Shown piece after piece: positions 16,188-26,309 of a stretch of DNA of 64,000 bases (positions within the stretch are counted from its first letter, which is position 1; every line of letters begins with the position of its first letter). The notes beneath the pieces are model-generated. The model was not told the DNA's origin. It worked only from the letters and a program-made list of their open reading frames with translations, and did not search any database. A program made the position numbers and the translations under genes. Where the stretch lies: assembly GCF_036402515.1 (NCBI RefSeq), contig NZ_DASWST010000247.1. One strand, 5' to 3'. Origin of the DNA: Pseudonocardia sp. Its GTDB lineage: Bacteria > Actinomycetota > Actinomycetes > Mycobacteriales > Pseudonocardiaceae.

Positions 16188-18395
16188 ATGACCACGCGGC
16201 CCACCTCAAGCGCCAGGCCGTTTCGCGCGGATCGCGTCGGTCGCTCCGCCGGCTGTCGGCTGCCGCTGGTCATGCCGTTCGGCACGCTGCTCGCTGGTTT
16301 TCTGGTTGCGGCGACCGCGGCCGCCTCCCCTGGCGGGGCGTCACCGATTTGGGATTCAGCGCCTGCTCAGATTCACCTTCAGACACTGGCGTCAACCGCG
16401 GTTCCGGCGCCTCCGGGCCCCGGGGCGCCCAAGGTACCGGCGGACAGCGGACCGCCCGAGGTGCCGGCGGGCGGTGGCGCATCAAGCGACGCGCAAGCCC
16501 GGGCCGAGGCGGCCGCGGCAGCGGCCGAAGCGGCAGCCGCCGCATCCATTCAGAAGGCCGAAGCGGCAGCGGCGGCTCGAGCGGCGGCGAGTGATCCCGC
16601 GCGCACGGGAACCGTGCCCGACGCCCCCACGCCCCACGGAACCGCACCCGCCGGAACCATGCCCGACCTTCCCGCGCGCGTTGGAACGATGCCCGATCTT
16701 CCCGCGCCCGCCGAAACCGCGCCTCACGAAACCGCGCCCGCCGGAAGCATGCCCGACCTTCCCGCGCCCGCCGGAACCGCGCCTCACGAAACCGCACCCG
16801 CCGGGACCATGCCCGACCTTCCGGCACGCGTCGGAACCGCGCCCGACGAAACCGCGCCGGCCACGGCCACGCCCGACGAAACCACCGCCGAAGCGGCCAC
16901 CGGAACAGCCGCAAACGCACCCGCCGGAACCGCCGCCGCAGCGCCCACCGTTACCCAGCCCGCCGAGGCTCCGGGCCCGGCGGCCGGCCGGCGGGCCGGA
17001 GCGGAACAGCCGCGGCCGGCAGCGGCTCCCGCCGCGCCGATGCCGCCCGCCGTCCCGGCCCCGCCCGCGCCGCCGGTGCCGGCGCCGCCCCCGATGCCCA
17101 CTCCGGTCGGCCCCTCACTCGCAGTTCCGCCCGCCGTCGGCCCGGCTCCCGCCGCGCCGACAATGCCCACGCCCGCCGCGCCGGGTGCGTCGGCCGCCAC
17201 CGCCACCCCAGCCGCCGTCGGGGCGCCCGGTACCGCCCAAGCCGCTGGAGTTCCCGGGGCCGCGGCGGTCCCGCCGAGGGCGGTCGGACCCGCTACTCCG
17301 GGCCTGCCCGCCGGGGTTCCGACTGCCGGGCCCACCCTGCCTGCAACGCCTGCCCTATCCGGCCCGCCCGCCTTGCCCGGCCCGCCCGCCTTGCCCGGTA
17401 CCGCCGCCGCTCCGGCCGCGCCCGGGGTCGCTCCGGCTCAGGCGCTGCCCGTACCAGGGCTACCGATGCCCAGCCGGGTATCCGCTGCCTGCGCCCAGTC
17501 CTGGGGCGTGAACGCGAGCAGTGCGCTGTGGATGCCCGACACGCCGACGCACCCCAACCTGTGCGGCGCGGGCGCGGTCCGCCCCGCTCCGGTGACCGCG
17601 CCGTGCACCAAGCGAGCCGATGGGGCAAACCTGCAGGCCACACTGGACACAGCGGTGCCCGGCGACCGGATCTGCGCCGCCGGGAACTCGCCGTCGCGGC
17701 TCCGGGTGACCCGCTCAGGCACTCCGACAGCGCCCATCCTGGTGCTCGGCGACGGCGCCGCCACCGTCAAGGGCCTCGAGGTGAAGGCCGACAACGTGGT
17801 CATCGCGGGCCTGAACCTCGCCGGCGCGGTCGCGCCAGGGGCGGAGCTCACCGGCACCGGCATCAGCCTGGTGAACAACACCATCACCGCGCCCCGAGGC
17901 GGCGACGGCGACGGCATTCGGTTCTTCGGCAACAACTTGCGGATCCTGCACAACACGGTCAGCGATGTGAAGAATCTGCAGGGCGCCCACGCCGACTGCA
18001 TGCAGACGTTCGCGACAAACTCCCCGCCGAGCCAGCATGTGCTCATCGACAGCAACCGGTGCGAGAAGATCGACAACCAGTGCCTGATCGCCGAGGGGCC
18101 GAACAGCAGCGCGGGCGACGGGAGCGGCAAGGGCCGCAGCTCGGACATCGTCTTCACGCACAACTTCTGCGACTCGCAGGCATCCCAGGCCGTCATGATC
18201 GACGACGTGCAGAACGTCTCGGTCACCCACAACAACATCGTCGGCGGCAACGAGAAGGCGTTCGCCTTCGACAACAAGTCCACCGGCGCGAAGGTCAACG
18301 GAAACATCCTCGGCCTGCACATCGGGTTCGAGGTCGGCATGGACAACACGTCCAAGCTCGGCTACCTGGGCCCCCTCATCGGCGGCCTGCCGTAA
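16188..18395 (+). CDS. Secreted right-handed parallel beta-helix (pectin-lyase-like) protein with Pro/Ala/Thr-rich linker
   Basis: Signal-like segment ending AATAAA; DGDGIRFFG, HADCMQTF and Asn-ladder repeats in the C-terminal ~260 aa; RBS GAAAGGA before ATG 16188. Confidence 0.8.
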   Translation: MTTRPTSSARPFRADRVGRSAGCRLPLVMPFGTLLAGFLVAATAAASPGGASPIWDSAPAQIHLQTLASTAVPAPPGPGAPKVPADSGPPEVPAGGGASSDAQARAEAAAAAAEAAAAASIQKAEAAAAARAAASDPARTGTVPDAPTPHGTAPAGTMPDLPARVGTMPDLPAPAETAPHETAPAGSMPDLPAPAGTAPHETAPAGTMPDLPARVGTAPDETAPATATPDETTAEAATGTAANAPAGTAAAAPTVTQPAEAPGPAAGRRAGAEQPRPAAAPAAPMPPAVPAPPAPPVPAPPPMPTPVGPSLAVPPAVGPAPAAPTMPTPAAPGASAATATPAAVGAPGTAQAAGVPGAAAVPPRAVGPATPGLPAGVPTAGPTLPATPALSGPPALPGPPALPGTAAAPAAPGVAPAQALPVPGLPMPSRVSAACAQSWGVNASSALWMPDTPTHPNLCGAGAVRPAPVTAPCTKRADGANLQATLDTAVPGDRICAAGNSPSRLRVTRSGTPTAPILVLGDGAATVKGLEVKADNVVIAGLNLAGAVAPGAELTGTGISLVNNTITAPRGGDGDGIRFFGNNLRILHNTVSDVKNLQGAHADCMQTFATNSPPSQHVLIDSNRCEKIDNQCLIAEGPNSSAGDGSGKGRSSDIVFTHNFCDSQASQAVMIDDVQNVSVTHNNIVGGNEKAFAFDNKSTGAKVNGNILGLHIGFEVGMDNTSKLGYLGPLIGGLP
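16608..16900 (+). repeat. 30-bp (10-aa) intragenic tandem repeats
   Basis: GTMPDLPARV / GTMPDLPAPA / ETAPHETAPA / GSMPDLPAPA / GTAPHETAPA / GTMPDLPARV / GTAPDETAPA. Confidence 0.85.
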
Positions 18396-18481
18396 ACCCG
18401 CGAGTCGGCGCTCTCAGCACACTGTGTCGCGCGTTTCAGCACACCCGCGCCCAGCGCGCCGAGCCGTACGGCGGCGGACGG

Positions 18482-19045
18482 TTAGGCGCGGGTGAGGTAT
18501 TCGCCGGTGCGGGTGTCCACCTTGATCCGGTCGCCGTTGTTCACGAACAGCGGCACCTTGACGATCTTGCCGGTCTCCAGGGTGGCCGGCTTGGTGGCCC
18601 CGGAGACCCGGTTGCCCTGCACGCCGGGCTCCACGTCGGTGACGGTGAGCTCCACCGAGGCGGGCAGCTCCGCGCCGACAATCTCGGTGCCGTAGAACCG
18701 CAACGCCGGGGTCATCTCCGGGAGCAGGTAGTCGGCGATGTCCTCGACCACCTCGCGGGGCACGTCGAGCTGCTCGAAGTTCTCCTGGTCCATGAAGACG
18801 TAGTTGTCGCCGTCGTTGTAGAGGAACTGCAGTTCCTTGGTCTCGATGATGGCCTGTTCGACCCGCTCACCGGCCCGGAACGTACGGTCCACCACCGCGC
18901 CGTTGCGCACGTTCTTCAGCTTGGTGCGCACGAACGCGCCGCCCTTGCCGGGCTTGACGTGCTGGAACGTGACCACGTTGAACAGCCCGTCCTGCAGGTC
19001 CAGGCTGATGCCACCTTTGAAGTCGGACGTGCTGATCTGCGGCAT
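18482..19045 (-). CDS. efp: Translation elongation factor P (187 aa)
   Basis: FQHVKPGKGGAFVRTKLKN, QFLY.DG..YVFMD, KPATLETG...VPLFV..GD.IKVDTRTGEY; RBS GGGAGA. Confidence 0.95.
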   Translation of the reverse strand: MPQISTSDFKGGISLDLQDGLFNVVTFQHVKPGKGGAFVRTKLKNVRNGAVVDRTFRAGERVEQAIIETKELQFLYNDGDNYVFMDQENFEQLDVPREVVEDIADYLLPEMTPALRFYGTEIVGAELPASVELTVTDVEPGVQGNRVSGATKPATLETGKIVKVPLFVNNGDRIKVDTRTGEYLTRA

Positions 19046-19201
19046 TACGCGGTCTCCCAGAAAGCTGTACGAAGCGCCGGCAGTGGGCGCGGACTCACAC
19101 TCCATCGTAGGGCAGTGCGCACACGAGGTCGCCGGCGGCAATTGGATGTCCAGTAAATCGCCCGCTCGGCACAGTGCCAACCGCCCAGGGGCAGACTTCA
19201 G

Positions 19202-21709
19202 GTGATGCGCCTGCCGTCGGACCTGCCCGACCTCCCCGTCCGAGGGGCCCTGGACGCGGTCACCGGCGCGCTCGCCGAACACGGCACAGCGGTGCTTGTC
19301 GCGCCGCCGGGCACCGGGAAAACCACGCTGGTCCCGCTCGCCCTGGGCGCAGAGAACCACGGGAAGGTGCTGGTCGCCGAACCGCGCAGGCTCGCCGCCC
19401 GGGCCGCCGCCGCGCGCATGGCGGGGCTACTCGGCGAACCAGTCGGGCAGACGGTCGGATACTCCGTGCGCGGGGACTCCAAGACGTCCGCGCGCACCCA
19501 GATCGAGGTGGTGACGTCCGGGCTGCTGCTGCGCAGGCTGTCCGCCGATCCCGAGCTCACCGGGGTGGCCGCCGTGCTGCTGGACGAGTGCCACGAACGG
19601 CACCTCGACGCCGACCTGCTGCTCGCCCTGCTGCTGGACGCCCGCGCGGGGCTGCGACCGGACCTTCGACTGCTGGCCACCTCGGCCACCGTGGCCACCG
19701 GGCGGCTGGCCGCAATCCTCGGCGGCGGCGGACCCAACGGCGAGGATTCGGCGCCGGTGCTGGAGGTGGCCGCACGGATGTTCCCGGTGGGCGTCGAGCA
19801 CCTCCCGCCGGCGCGGGGCGAGCGGATCGAGGCGTGCGTGGCCCGCGCGGTGCGCACCGCGCTCGCCGAAGGCGCCGGTCAGGAGGACGATGACGTGCTG
19901 GCGTTCCTGCCCGGGGTGGCGGAGATCCGGCGGACGGCCGCCGCGCTGTCCGGGGTGGACGCCGACGTGCTGGCGCTGCACGGGCGGCTGCCCGCCGGCG
20001 AGCAGGATGCCGCGCTGCGTCGGGGTCCTCGGCGCCGCGTGGTGCTGGCCACCGCGGTGGCGGAGTCCAGCCTGACCGTGCCCGGGGTGCGCGCGGTGGT
20101 GGACTCGGGGCTGGCCCGCACGCCGAGGGTGGACCATCGTCGCGGGCTCGCCGGGCTGGTCACCGTGCGGGTGTCGGCCGCGGTGGCCGAGCAGCGGGCC
20201 GGGCGGGCCGGGCGGGAGGGCCCGGGGCGGGTGTACCGCTGCTGGCCGGAGAGCGAGCTGCTGCCCCGCTACCCGGAGCCGGAGATCCGCACCGCCGACC
20301 TCACCCGGCTCGCCCTCGACCTGGCCTGCTGGGGCACCCCTGACGGCGCCGGGCTGCGCTGGTGGGACCCGCCCCCGGAGGGTCCGCTGCGCGCCGGCCA
20401 GGAGGTGCTGCGTGCGCTGGGCGCGATCGACGGCAACGGCGGAGTCACCGAGCGGGGGCGGCGGATGGCCGGGCTCGGCCTGCACCCCCGGTTGGCCCGC
20501 GCCCTGCTCGACGGTGCGGCGCTGGTCGGAGCCCGGGCCGCGGCTGAGGTGGTGGCGCTGCTGGACGACGACACGCTCGCCTCGGGTGCGGAGGTCGACG
20601 TCGAGCTCGCGCGGCTGCGGTCCGGGGCGGCACCGGGGGCTGGCCGGTGGCGTGGCGAGGTCTCCCGGCTGGTCAGGCTGCTGGGAACCGGTCGGGCGGC
20701 GGGCGGCGGTACAGGTGGCGCGCCGGATGGTGCCCGGGCCGGGGCCGATGCGTCCCTGGTGGTGGCCCTGGCCCAGCCGGAGCGGCTGGCGCGGCGGCGC
20801 ACGGCCGGTTCGCCGCTCTACCTGATGGCCGGCGGCACCGGGGTCGAGCTTCCGGCGGGCAGCCCGCTCGCCGCGGCGGAGTGGATCGCGGTCGCGGTGG
20901 CCGACCGTGCACCCGGCGCGGAGAATGCCAAGGCGCGCCTCGCCGCCGTCGTCGACCAGCAGCTTGCCGAACTCGCCGCGCCCGCCCTGATCAGCGAGGG
21001 CGACGAGGTGCGCTGGCAAACGGGCGGGGACGTGGTGGCTCGGCACGTGCGGAAACTGGGCGCGATCGTGCTGGCCGAGCGTCGGCTGGCCCACCCAGAC
21101 CAGGGTGCGGTGCGCGCGGCGCTGCTCGACGGGTTGCGCATCGAGGGCACCGGGCTGCTGCGCTGGACGGATGCCGCACGCCGGCTCCGCGACCGGCTCA
21201 ACACCCTGCACCGGGTGCTCGGCCCGCCGTGGCCGGACGTGTCCGACGACGCGCTGCTGGCGGACCCGGACCGCTGGTGGACCGGCGGGTTGCGCACCGC
21301 CCGCACCAGGGCGGACCTCGCCCGCATCGAGGCCGCCGCCGTGCTGCGCGCCACGCTCGACTGGAAGCAGGCCGCTGACCTGGACGAGCTGGCCCCGGAG
21401 CGGATCACCGTGCCCACCGGCTCGCGGATCGCCCTCGACTACTCCGGGGACCACCCGGTGCTCGCCGTCCGGGTCCAGGAGGTGTTCGGCTGGACCGCCA
21501 CCCCAACCGTCGCCGGCGGGCGGCTGCCGGTGGTGTTGCACCTGCTCTCCCCCGCCGGCCGGCCCGCCGCGGTCACCGCCGACCTCGCCTCGTTCTGGAT
21601 CGGTGGCTACCCCCAGGTCCGCGGCGAGCTGCGCGGCCGGTACCCGAAACACGACTGGCCCGAGGACCCGATGGCCGCCACGCCCACCCGAAGGCCCCGC
21701 CGGCGCTGA
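19202..21709 (+). CDS. hrpB: ATP-dependent RNA helicase HrpB
   Basis: APPGTGKTT, DECHER, SAT, QRAGRAGR, C-terminal LLSPAGRP...FW..GY...RGRYPKH.WP. Confidence 0.93.
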   Translation: MMRLPSDLPDLPVRGALDAVTGALAEHGTAVLVAPPGTGKTTLVPLALGAENHGKVLVAEPRRLAARAAAARMAGLLGEPVGQTVGYSVRGDSKTSARTQIEVVTSGLLLRRLSADPELTGVAAVLLDECHERHLDADLLLALLLDARAGLRPDLRLLATSATVATGRLAAILGGGGPNGEDSAPVLEVAARMFPVGVEHLPPARGERIEACVARAVRTALAEGAGQEDDDVLAFLPGVAEIRRTAAALSGVDADVLALHGRLPAGEQDAALRRGPRRRVVLATAVAESSLTVPGVRAVVDSGLARTPRVDHRRGLAGLVTVRVSAAVAEQRAGRAGREGPGRVYRCWPESELLPRYPEPEIRTADLTRLALDLACWGTPDGAGLRWWDPPPEGPLRAGQEVLRALGAIDGNGGVTERGRRMAGLGLHPRLARALLDGAALVGARAAAEVVALLDDDTLASGAEVDVELARLRSGAAPGAGRWRGEVSRLVRLLGTGRAAGGGTGGAPDGARAGADASLVVALAQPERLARRRTAGSPLYLMAGGTGVELPAGSPLAAAEWIAVAVADRAPGAENAKARLAAVVDQQLAELAAPALISEGDEVRWQTGGDVVARHVRKLGAIVLAERRLAHPDQGAVRAALLDGLRIEGTGLLRWTDAARRLRDRLNTLHRVLGPPWPDVSDDALLADPDRWWTGGLRTARTRADLARIEAAAVLRATLDWKQAADLDELAPERITVPTGSRIALDYSGDHPVLAVRVQEVFGWTATPTVAGGRLPVVLHLLSPAGRPAAVTADLASFWIGGYPQVRGELRGRYPKHDWPEDPMAATPTRRPRRR

Positions 21710-21771
21710 CCGCCAGCGGGACGGCGAGCTCTCGGCGCCGCGGCGAAGACGGTACTGGCGACGAGGGCGGA

Positions 21772-22935
21772 CTAGCGACCGGCGCCGGCCGGGGCCGGGG
21801 CGGACGGCAGGAACAGGGTGCCACGCAGGCTGCCACGTGCGGTGCGCGTCGCGACGATCCCCCATGCGGCGATCAGGCCCAGGTAGACGAGGCCGGCGGC
21901 CCAGACCAACACCGTCGCGCCGGTGTGCGTGGCCAGCGCGCTGGTCCCGGTGGCCACGGTGCCGACCGGGAAGGTGAACGACCACCAGGTGAGCGAGAAC
22001 GGCAGGCCAGACCTCGCGCAGCGGATGGTGACCGCCGCGGCGACGGCCACCCAGAGCAGCGCGAACCCGAACACCGGCAGGCCGTACACCAGCCCGAACG
22101 CTTCGAACGCCTCGGCGTAGGGCGCGGGCAGTGCCAGGTGCGCCACCCCGCCCAGGCCATTTGCCGCGGTGACCGACTGGCCGAGCCAACCCAGCACGAT
22201 CCACAGCGTGGGCACCATGCGGGCCGGGCCGGGCCGGTGCGTGGCCAGCCGCTGCCAGATCAGCGTGGTCACGATCATCGAGGCGAGCAGGCTCAGTCCG
22301 AACAGCGCGTAGCAGGCCACCAGCATGGTCAGTCGGGCTTGGCCGGGTGCCGCGTACGGGACCAGCAGCGCCCCGGTGGCCGCCGACACCATGGGCGGCA
22401 CGATCGGCATCAGCCAGCCGCCGAACGCCGACTCGCCGGTCAACTCGAATCGGGTGAACATCAGGTACGGGATGCTCACCGCGGAGACCAGCCCGGCCAC
22501 CGTGCCGGCTAACCAGAGCACCCAGGACACCTCGACCGCCAGCCCGCCGAGCAGGCCCTGCCCGAGCAGCAGGGTGCCCGCGCCGACGGTGAGCAGCGCC
22601 ATCGGCGGCGCCCCGTAGAACTGCGCCATCACCGGGTCGGCCGCGTGCCCACGGGCGTTCTCGCGGTGCCGCGTCCAGTGCACGGCCCACGCCCCGCACA
22701 GCCCGACCAGCAGCACCGAGGCGAGCAACCAGACCACCGTCGCCGCGGCTCGCAGGTCGGGCACCTGGAACGGCAGGGTGACCGCCGCGTTCGCCACGAT
22801 CCCGGTGCCCATCACCGAGGCGAACCAGTTCGGGCCCAGGTTGGCAAACGCCGCGGCCGGCCGGGGCAGGTCCCGGAGCAGCCCGAACCGGAACAGTGGA
22901 TGGGCGGCGGGTCTCGGTGCGGCGGTGGTGGTCAT
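21772..22935 (-). CDS. TDT/SLAC1 family anion transporter
   Basis: PNWFASVMGTGI, WLMPIVPPMVSA, WWSFTFPVG; about 10 TM. Confidence 0.9.
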   Translation of the reverse strand: MTTTAAPRPAAHPLFRFGLLRDLPRPAAAFANLGPNWFASVMGTGIVANAAVTLPFQVPDLRAAATVVWLLASVLLVGLCGAWAVHWTRHRENARGHAADPVMAQFYGAPPMALLTVGAGTLLLGQGLLGGLAVEVSWVLWLAGTVAGLVSAVSIPYLMFTRFELTGESAFGGWLMPIVPPMVSAATGALLVPYAAPGQARLTMLVACYALFGLSLLASMIVTTLIWQRLATHRPGPARMVPTLWIVLGWLGQSVTAANGLGGVAHLALPAPYAEAFEAFGLVYGLPVFGFALLWVAVAAAVTIRCARSGLPFSLTWWSFTFPVGTVATGTSALATHTGATVLVWAAGLVYLGLIAAWGIVATRTARGSLRGTLFLPSAPAPAGAGR

Positions 22936-23027
22936 ATCTTGATGCTGCGCGCGACGGGGGCGGCCGCGCACCGACCGCGGTGCGAGGTACCCACAATGTG
23001 ACCTTGTGAGTCGTCTAGCCTGGACCG

Positions 23028-23960
23028 GTGCCGTTGTCCGCGCACGTCCCAGAGCTCGGCTCGCTCGAGTTGCTGCTCGCCGTGGCCCGCACCGGGAGCC
23101 TGGGAGCCGCGGGCCGGGAGCTCGGGCTCACCCAGCAAGCGGTGTCCGCCCGGGTTCGGACCATCGAGCGGCTGATCGGCGTGCCGATGGTTGCCCGGGG
23201 CCCACGGGGCAGCCAGCTGACCGAGTCCGGTGCGCTGGTGGCCGACTGGGCCAGGGCGGTGCTCGCCGCCGCCGAGAAGCTGGACGCCGGTATCGCCGCG
23301 CTGCGTGGCGAGCGGGACGCGCACCTGACCGTGGCGTCCAGCCTCACCGTTGCCGAGTATCTGCTGCCCGGCTGGCTGGCGGCATTGCGGGTCGAGCAGC
23401 AGGGCTCCGGGACGGCACCGGTGACGATCCGGCTCGGGGTGCACAACAGCGAGCGGGTGGCGGAGTTGGTGCTCGGCGGCGAGGCCGGGGTGGGCTTCGT
23501 GGAGGGGCCTAACGTCCCCACCGGGCTGTCCGCGCACCCCGTCGGCGCCGACGAGTTGGTGCTGGTGGTGGCGCCGGGGCACCGTTGGGCCCGACGATCC
23601 CGGCCGCTGCGTCCCGCCGAGCTGGCCGGCACCCCACTGGTGGCCAGGGAGACCGGTTCCGGCACCCGGCGGGTGCTGGAGTCCGCCCTGGCCGCTGTGC
23701 TCCCCGCCGAGGCCGAGCTGGCCGCGCCGAGCCTGGAGCTGTCCTCCACCGCGTCGATCCGGGGCGCGGTGCTGGCCGGCGCCGGCGCCGCGGTGCTGTC
23801 CGACCTGGCCGTGCGGGACGATCTGGCCACCGGCCGGCTGGTCCAGGTGGCCGTGCAGGGCCTGTCCCTGCGCCGGGTGCTGCGCGGGGTGTGGGCAGGC
23901 GGTCCGACCCCCGCCGGCCCAGCCCGAGACCTGCTGCGCATCGCCGCGCTACCCGCCTGA
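23028..23960 (+). CDS. LysR family regulator (CysL-like), divergent from the TDT gene
   Basis: N-terminal HTH, RETGSGTR; TAGCCT-N6-GTG leaderless signal. Confidence 0.9.
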   Translation: MPLSAHVPELGSLELLLAVARTGSLGAAGRELGLTQQAVSARVRTIERLIGVPMVARGPRGSQLTESGALVADWARAVLAAAEKLDAGIAALRGERDAHLTVASSLTVAEYLLPGWLAALRVEQQGSGTAPVTIRLGVHNSERVAELVLGGEAGVGFVEGPNVPTGLSAHPVGADELVLVVAPGHRWARRSRPLRPAELAGTPLVARETGSGTRRVLESALAAVLPAEAELAAPSLELSSTASIRGAVLAGAGAAVLSDLAVRDDLATGRLVQVAVQGLSLRRVLRGVWAGGPTPAGPARDLLRIAALPA

Positions 23961-23996
23961 CCGAGTCAGCGCCCCAACCAGACCGAACGCCAGCGG

Positions 23997-25586
23997 CTAC
24001 TCGCCTGAGGCGGTGTAGCGCTCCCGCAGGAGTGCCTTGGCCACCTTCCCGCTGGGGGTCACCGGCAGTTCGCCGACGAACTCGACCTGCCGGGGCACCT
24101 TGTAGTCGGCCAGCCGCTCGGCGCAGAACGCGGTGAGCTCCTCGGCGCTGACCTGGTGGCCGGGACGCAGTTGCAGGTAGTAGCGGCCGACCTCGCCGAG
24201 CACCGGGTGCGGCACGCCGATGCCGGCCGCCATGGCCACCCCGGGGTGCGCGGTCAGCACGTTCTCCACCTCAACCGGGTACACGTTGTAGCCGCCCTGC
24301 AGGAACATTTCCTTGCGCCGGCCTCGGATGCTCAGGTGGCCGTCCGGGTCGGCGGCCACGATGTCACCGGTGGCCACCCAGCCCTCCGGGAGGAATGCCT
24401 CGGCGGTGGCCTCCGGCAGTCCCCAGTATCCGGCGGCGGTGCCCGGGCCGCGCACCAGCAGCTCGCCTTCCCCGCCCGGCGTGACCTCGGCACCGTCCGG
24501 ATCCACCACCCGGGCCTCGACCCCGTGCAGCGGGGTGCCCAGGGTGTGGGCCGCGGTGTCCAGGTCGTCGTCCCGAGCGGACATCACGCAGGCGCCGGAC
24601 ACCTCGGACAGCCCATACAGGTTGAACAGCCGGGCGTTCGGGAAGCCCTTGGCGATCGCGGCGCACAACGTGGGGTCGGCGTTGGCCCCGCCGACCATGG
24701 TCAGCCGGACCGAGCTGGTGTCCCGATCCGCGAACGACGCGTGCCCCAGCACCAGGGCGAACATGGTGGGTACGCCGCCGAAGAGCGTGGTGCGGTGTTG
24801 CTCGATGGCGTCCAGCGCGGTGGCCGGAGAGAACGCCGAGGCCAGCACCAGCTGTGAGCGACCCAGGAGCGCGCTGGTCACCGAGCAGGTGAGCCCGCCG
24901 ACGTGGTTGAGCGGCATCGCGGTGAAGTAGACGTCGTCCGGGCCGGTGCCGAGTCGGCGGGCCTGCGCGGCGCCGGCGCCGAGCAGGCTGGCGTGGGTCA
25001 GCACCGCGCCCTTGGGCTGGCCGGTCGTGCCCGAGGTGTAGAGGATCACCGCCGGGTCAGCCGGCCGAACCTTGGCCGCCCGCCGATCCAGGTCGGTCCC
25101 GTCCTTGGGCTCGAGCGGCAGCGCGCCGTACGGCTCCCCGGCGCCGGTGCCGCCCAGGAACAGCACGTGCTCGACGGTCGGCACCCTGGACCGGAAGCCC
25201 GGGTAGAACGTCTCGAAGTCCACCTCGCCGGCCTTCGCCGCGGTGACCACCAGCCGGACCTGGGCCTGGTTGAGCATGTACTCCAGCTCGGTGGCCCGGT
25301 AGCGCACATTCAGGGTGACCACCACGACGCCGATCCGAGCCGCCCCGAAGAACAGCTCCAGCCACTCCGCCTGGTTGGCCGCCGCCACCGCGATCCGGTC
25401 CCCGGCGCCGATCCCCCTGGCCAGCAGCCCGGCCGCCACTCGCCGACTGCGCCGCTCCAGCTGCCCGAACGTCACCGTCTCCTCGGTGGCGCGGTCGGAG
25501 GCGCAGTGCAGGAAGGCCCGGTCAGGCAGTTCGGCGGCGAACGCTCGCAGCAGCGTCGGATAGGTACCGCGTCCCGAGCCCGCCAT
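23997..25586 (-). CDS. Acyl-CoA synthetase (AMP-forming)
   Basis: [33 protein letters not shown]; TAGGCT-N7-ATG. Confidence 0.9.
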   Translation of the reverse strand: MAGSGRGTYPTLLRAFAAELPDRAFLHCASDRATEETVTFGQLERRSRRVAAGLLARGIGAGDRIAVAAANQAEWLELFFGAARIGVVVVTLNVRYRATELEYMLNQAQVRLVVTAAKAGEVDFETFYPGFRSRVPTVEHVLFLGGTGAGEPYGALPLEPKDGTDLDRRAAKVRPADPAVILYTSGTTGQPKGAVLTHASLLGAGAAQARRLGTGPDDVYFTAMPLNHVGGLTCSVTSALLGRSQLVLASAFSPATALDAIEQHRTTLFGGVPTMFALVLGHASFADRDTSSVRLTMVGGANADPTLCAAIAKGFPNARLFNLYGLSEVSGACVMSARDDDLDTAAHTLGTPLHGVEARVVDPDGAEVTPGGEGELLVRGPGTAAGYWGLPEATAEAFLPEGWVATGDIVAADPDGHLSIRGRRKEMFLQGGYNVYPVEVENVLTAHPGVAMAAGIGVPHPVLGEVGRYYLQLRPGHQVSAEELTAFCAERLADYKVPRQVEFVGELPVTPSGKVAKALLRERYTASGE

Positions 25587-25628
25587 GTAGGGCAGCCTAA
25601 CGAGCACGCCTACACATACGGTAAATCC

Positions 25629-26261
25629 ATGCCGGACTACTCGTATGTGCGCGACGGCGCGGAGATCTACCGGCGTTCGTTCGCCACTATCCGGGCCGAG
25701 GCGGACCTGTCCGGGTTGCCCGCCGACATAGCCACCGTGGCCGTCCGGATGATCCACACCTGCGGCATGACCGACCTGCCCGCGGATCTGGCCTTTTCCC
25801 CGGACGTGGTGGCCAAGGGACGGGCGGCGCTGGTCGCCGGCGGTCCGGTGCTCTGCGACACGAACATGGTGGCCTCGGGCGTCACCCGGCGCCGTCTGCC
25901 CGCCGACAACGACGTGCTCTGCCTGCTCGCCGACCCGGCGGTGCCGGAGCTGGCCGCCCAGCTCGGCACCACCCGGACCGCGGCGGCGGTGGACCTGTGG
26001 GCGGATCGGTTGGCCGGCGCCGTGGTCGCCATCGGCAACGCACCCACCGCCCTGTTCCGGCTGCTCGAGCTGATCGACGCCGGTGCCCCGATGCCGGCCG
26101 CGGTGATCGGCGTGCCGGTCGGGTTCATCGGCGCCGCCGAGTCGAAGCGCGCCCTGGCCGAGCACCCCGCCGGCCTGCCGCACCTGGTGGTGCACGGCCG
26201 ACGCGGCGGCAGCGCCCTGGCCGCCGCCGCCGTCAACGCCCTCGCCAACCCCGTCGAGTAA
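25629..26261 (+). CDS. cobH: Precorrin-8X methylmutase
   Basis: [41 protein letters not shown]. Confidence 0.95.
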   Translation: MPDYSYVRDGAEIYRRSFATIRAEADLSGLPADIATVAVRMIHTCGMTDLPADLAFSPDVVAKGRAALVAGGPVLCDTNMVASGVTRRRLPADNDVLCLLADPAVPELAAQLGTTRTAAAVDLWADRLAGAVVAIGNAPTALFRLLELIDAGAPMPAAVIGVPVGFIGAAESKRALAEHPAGLPHLVVHGRRGGSALAAAAVNALANPVE

Positions 26262-26309
26262 CCCGTGAGTGGTTAGCGTTGCTATGGCAACGCTAACCAC
26301 TCACGGGTT
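26260..26309. repeat. REP-like palindrome, copy 2 (probable bidirectional terminator between cobH and cobK)
   Basis: AAC-CCGTGAGTGG-TTAGCGTT-GCTATGGC-AACGCTAA-CCACTCACGG-GTT; supplies the cobK TGA stop. Confidence 0.9.

Noticed and set aside
19427-22996. 1189-aa minus-strand ORF
   Set aside because: Shadow of hrpB (antisense) and an off-frame of the TDT gene; Arg/Gly/Pro-rich with no motifs, typical of high-GC DNA
23997-26300. Long N-terminal extensions in ORF-track calls (767-aa ligase, 452-aa cobH, 292-aa efp, 698-aa CoA transferase, 747-aa oxidase)
   Set aside because: Extensions overlap neighbouring genes; family homology and RBS/-10 signals support the shorter starts used
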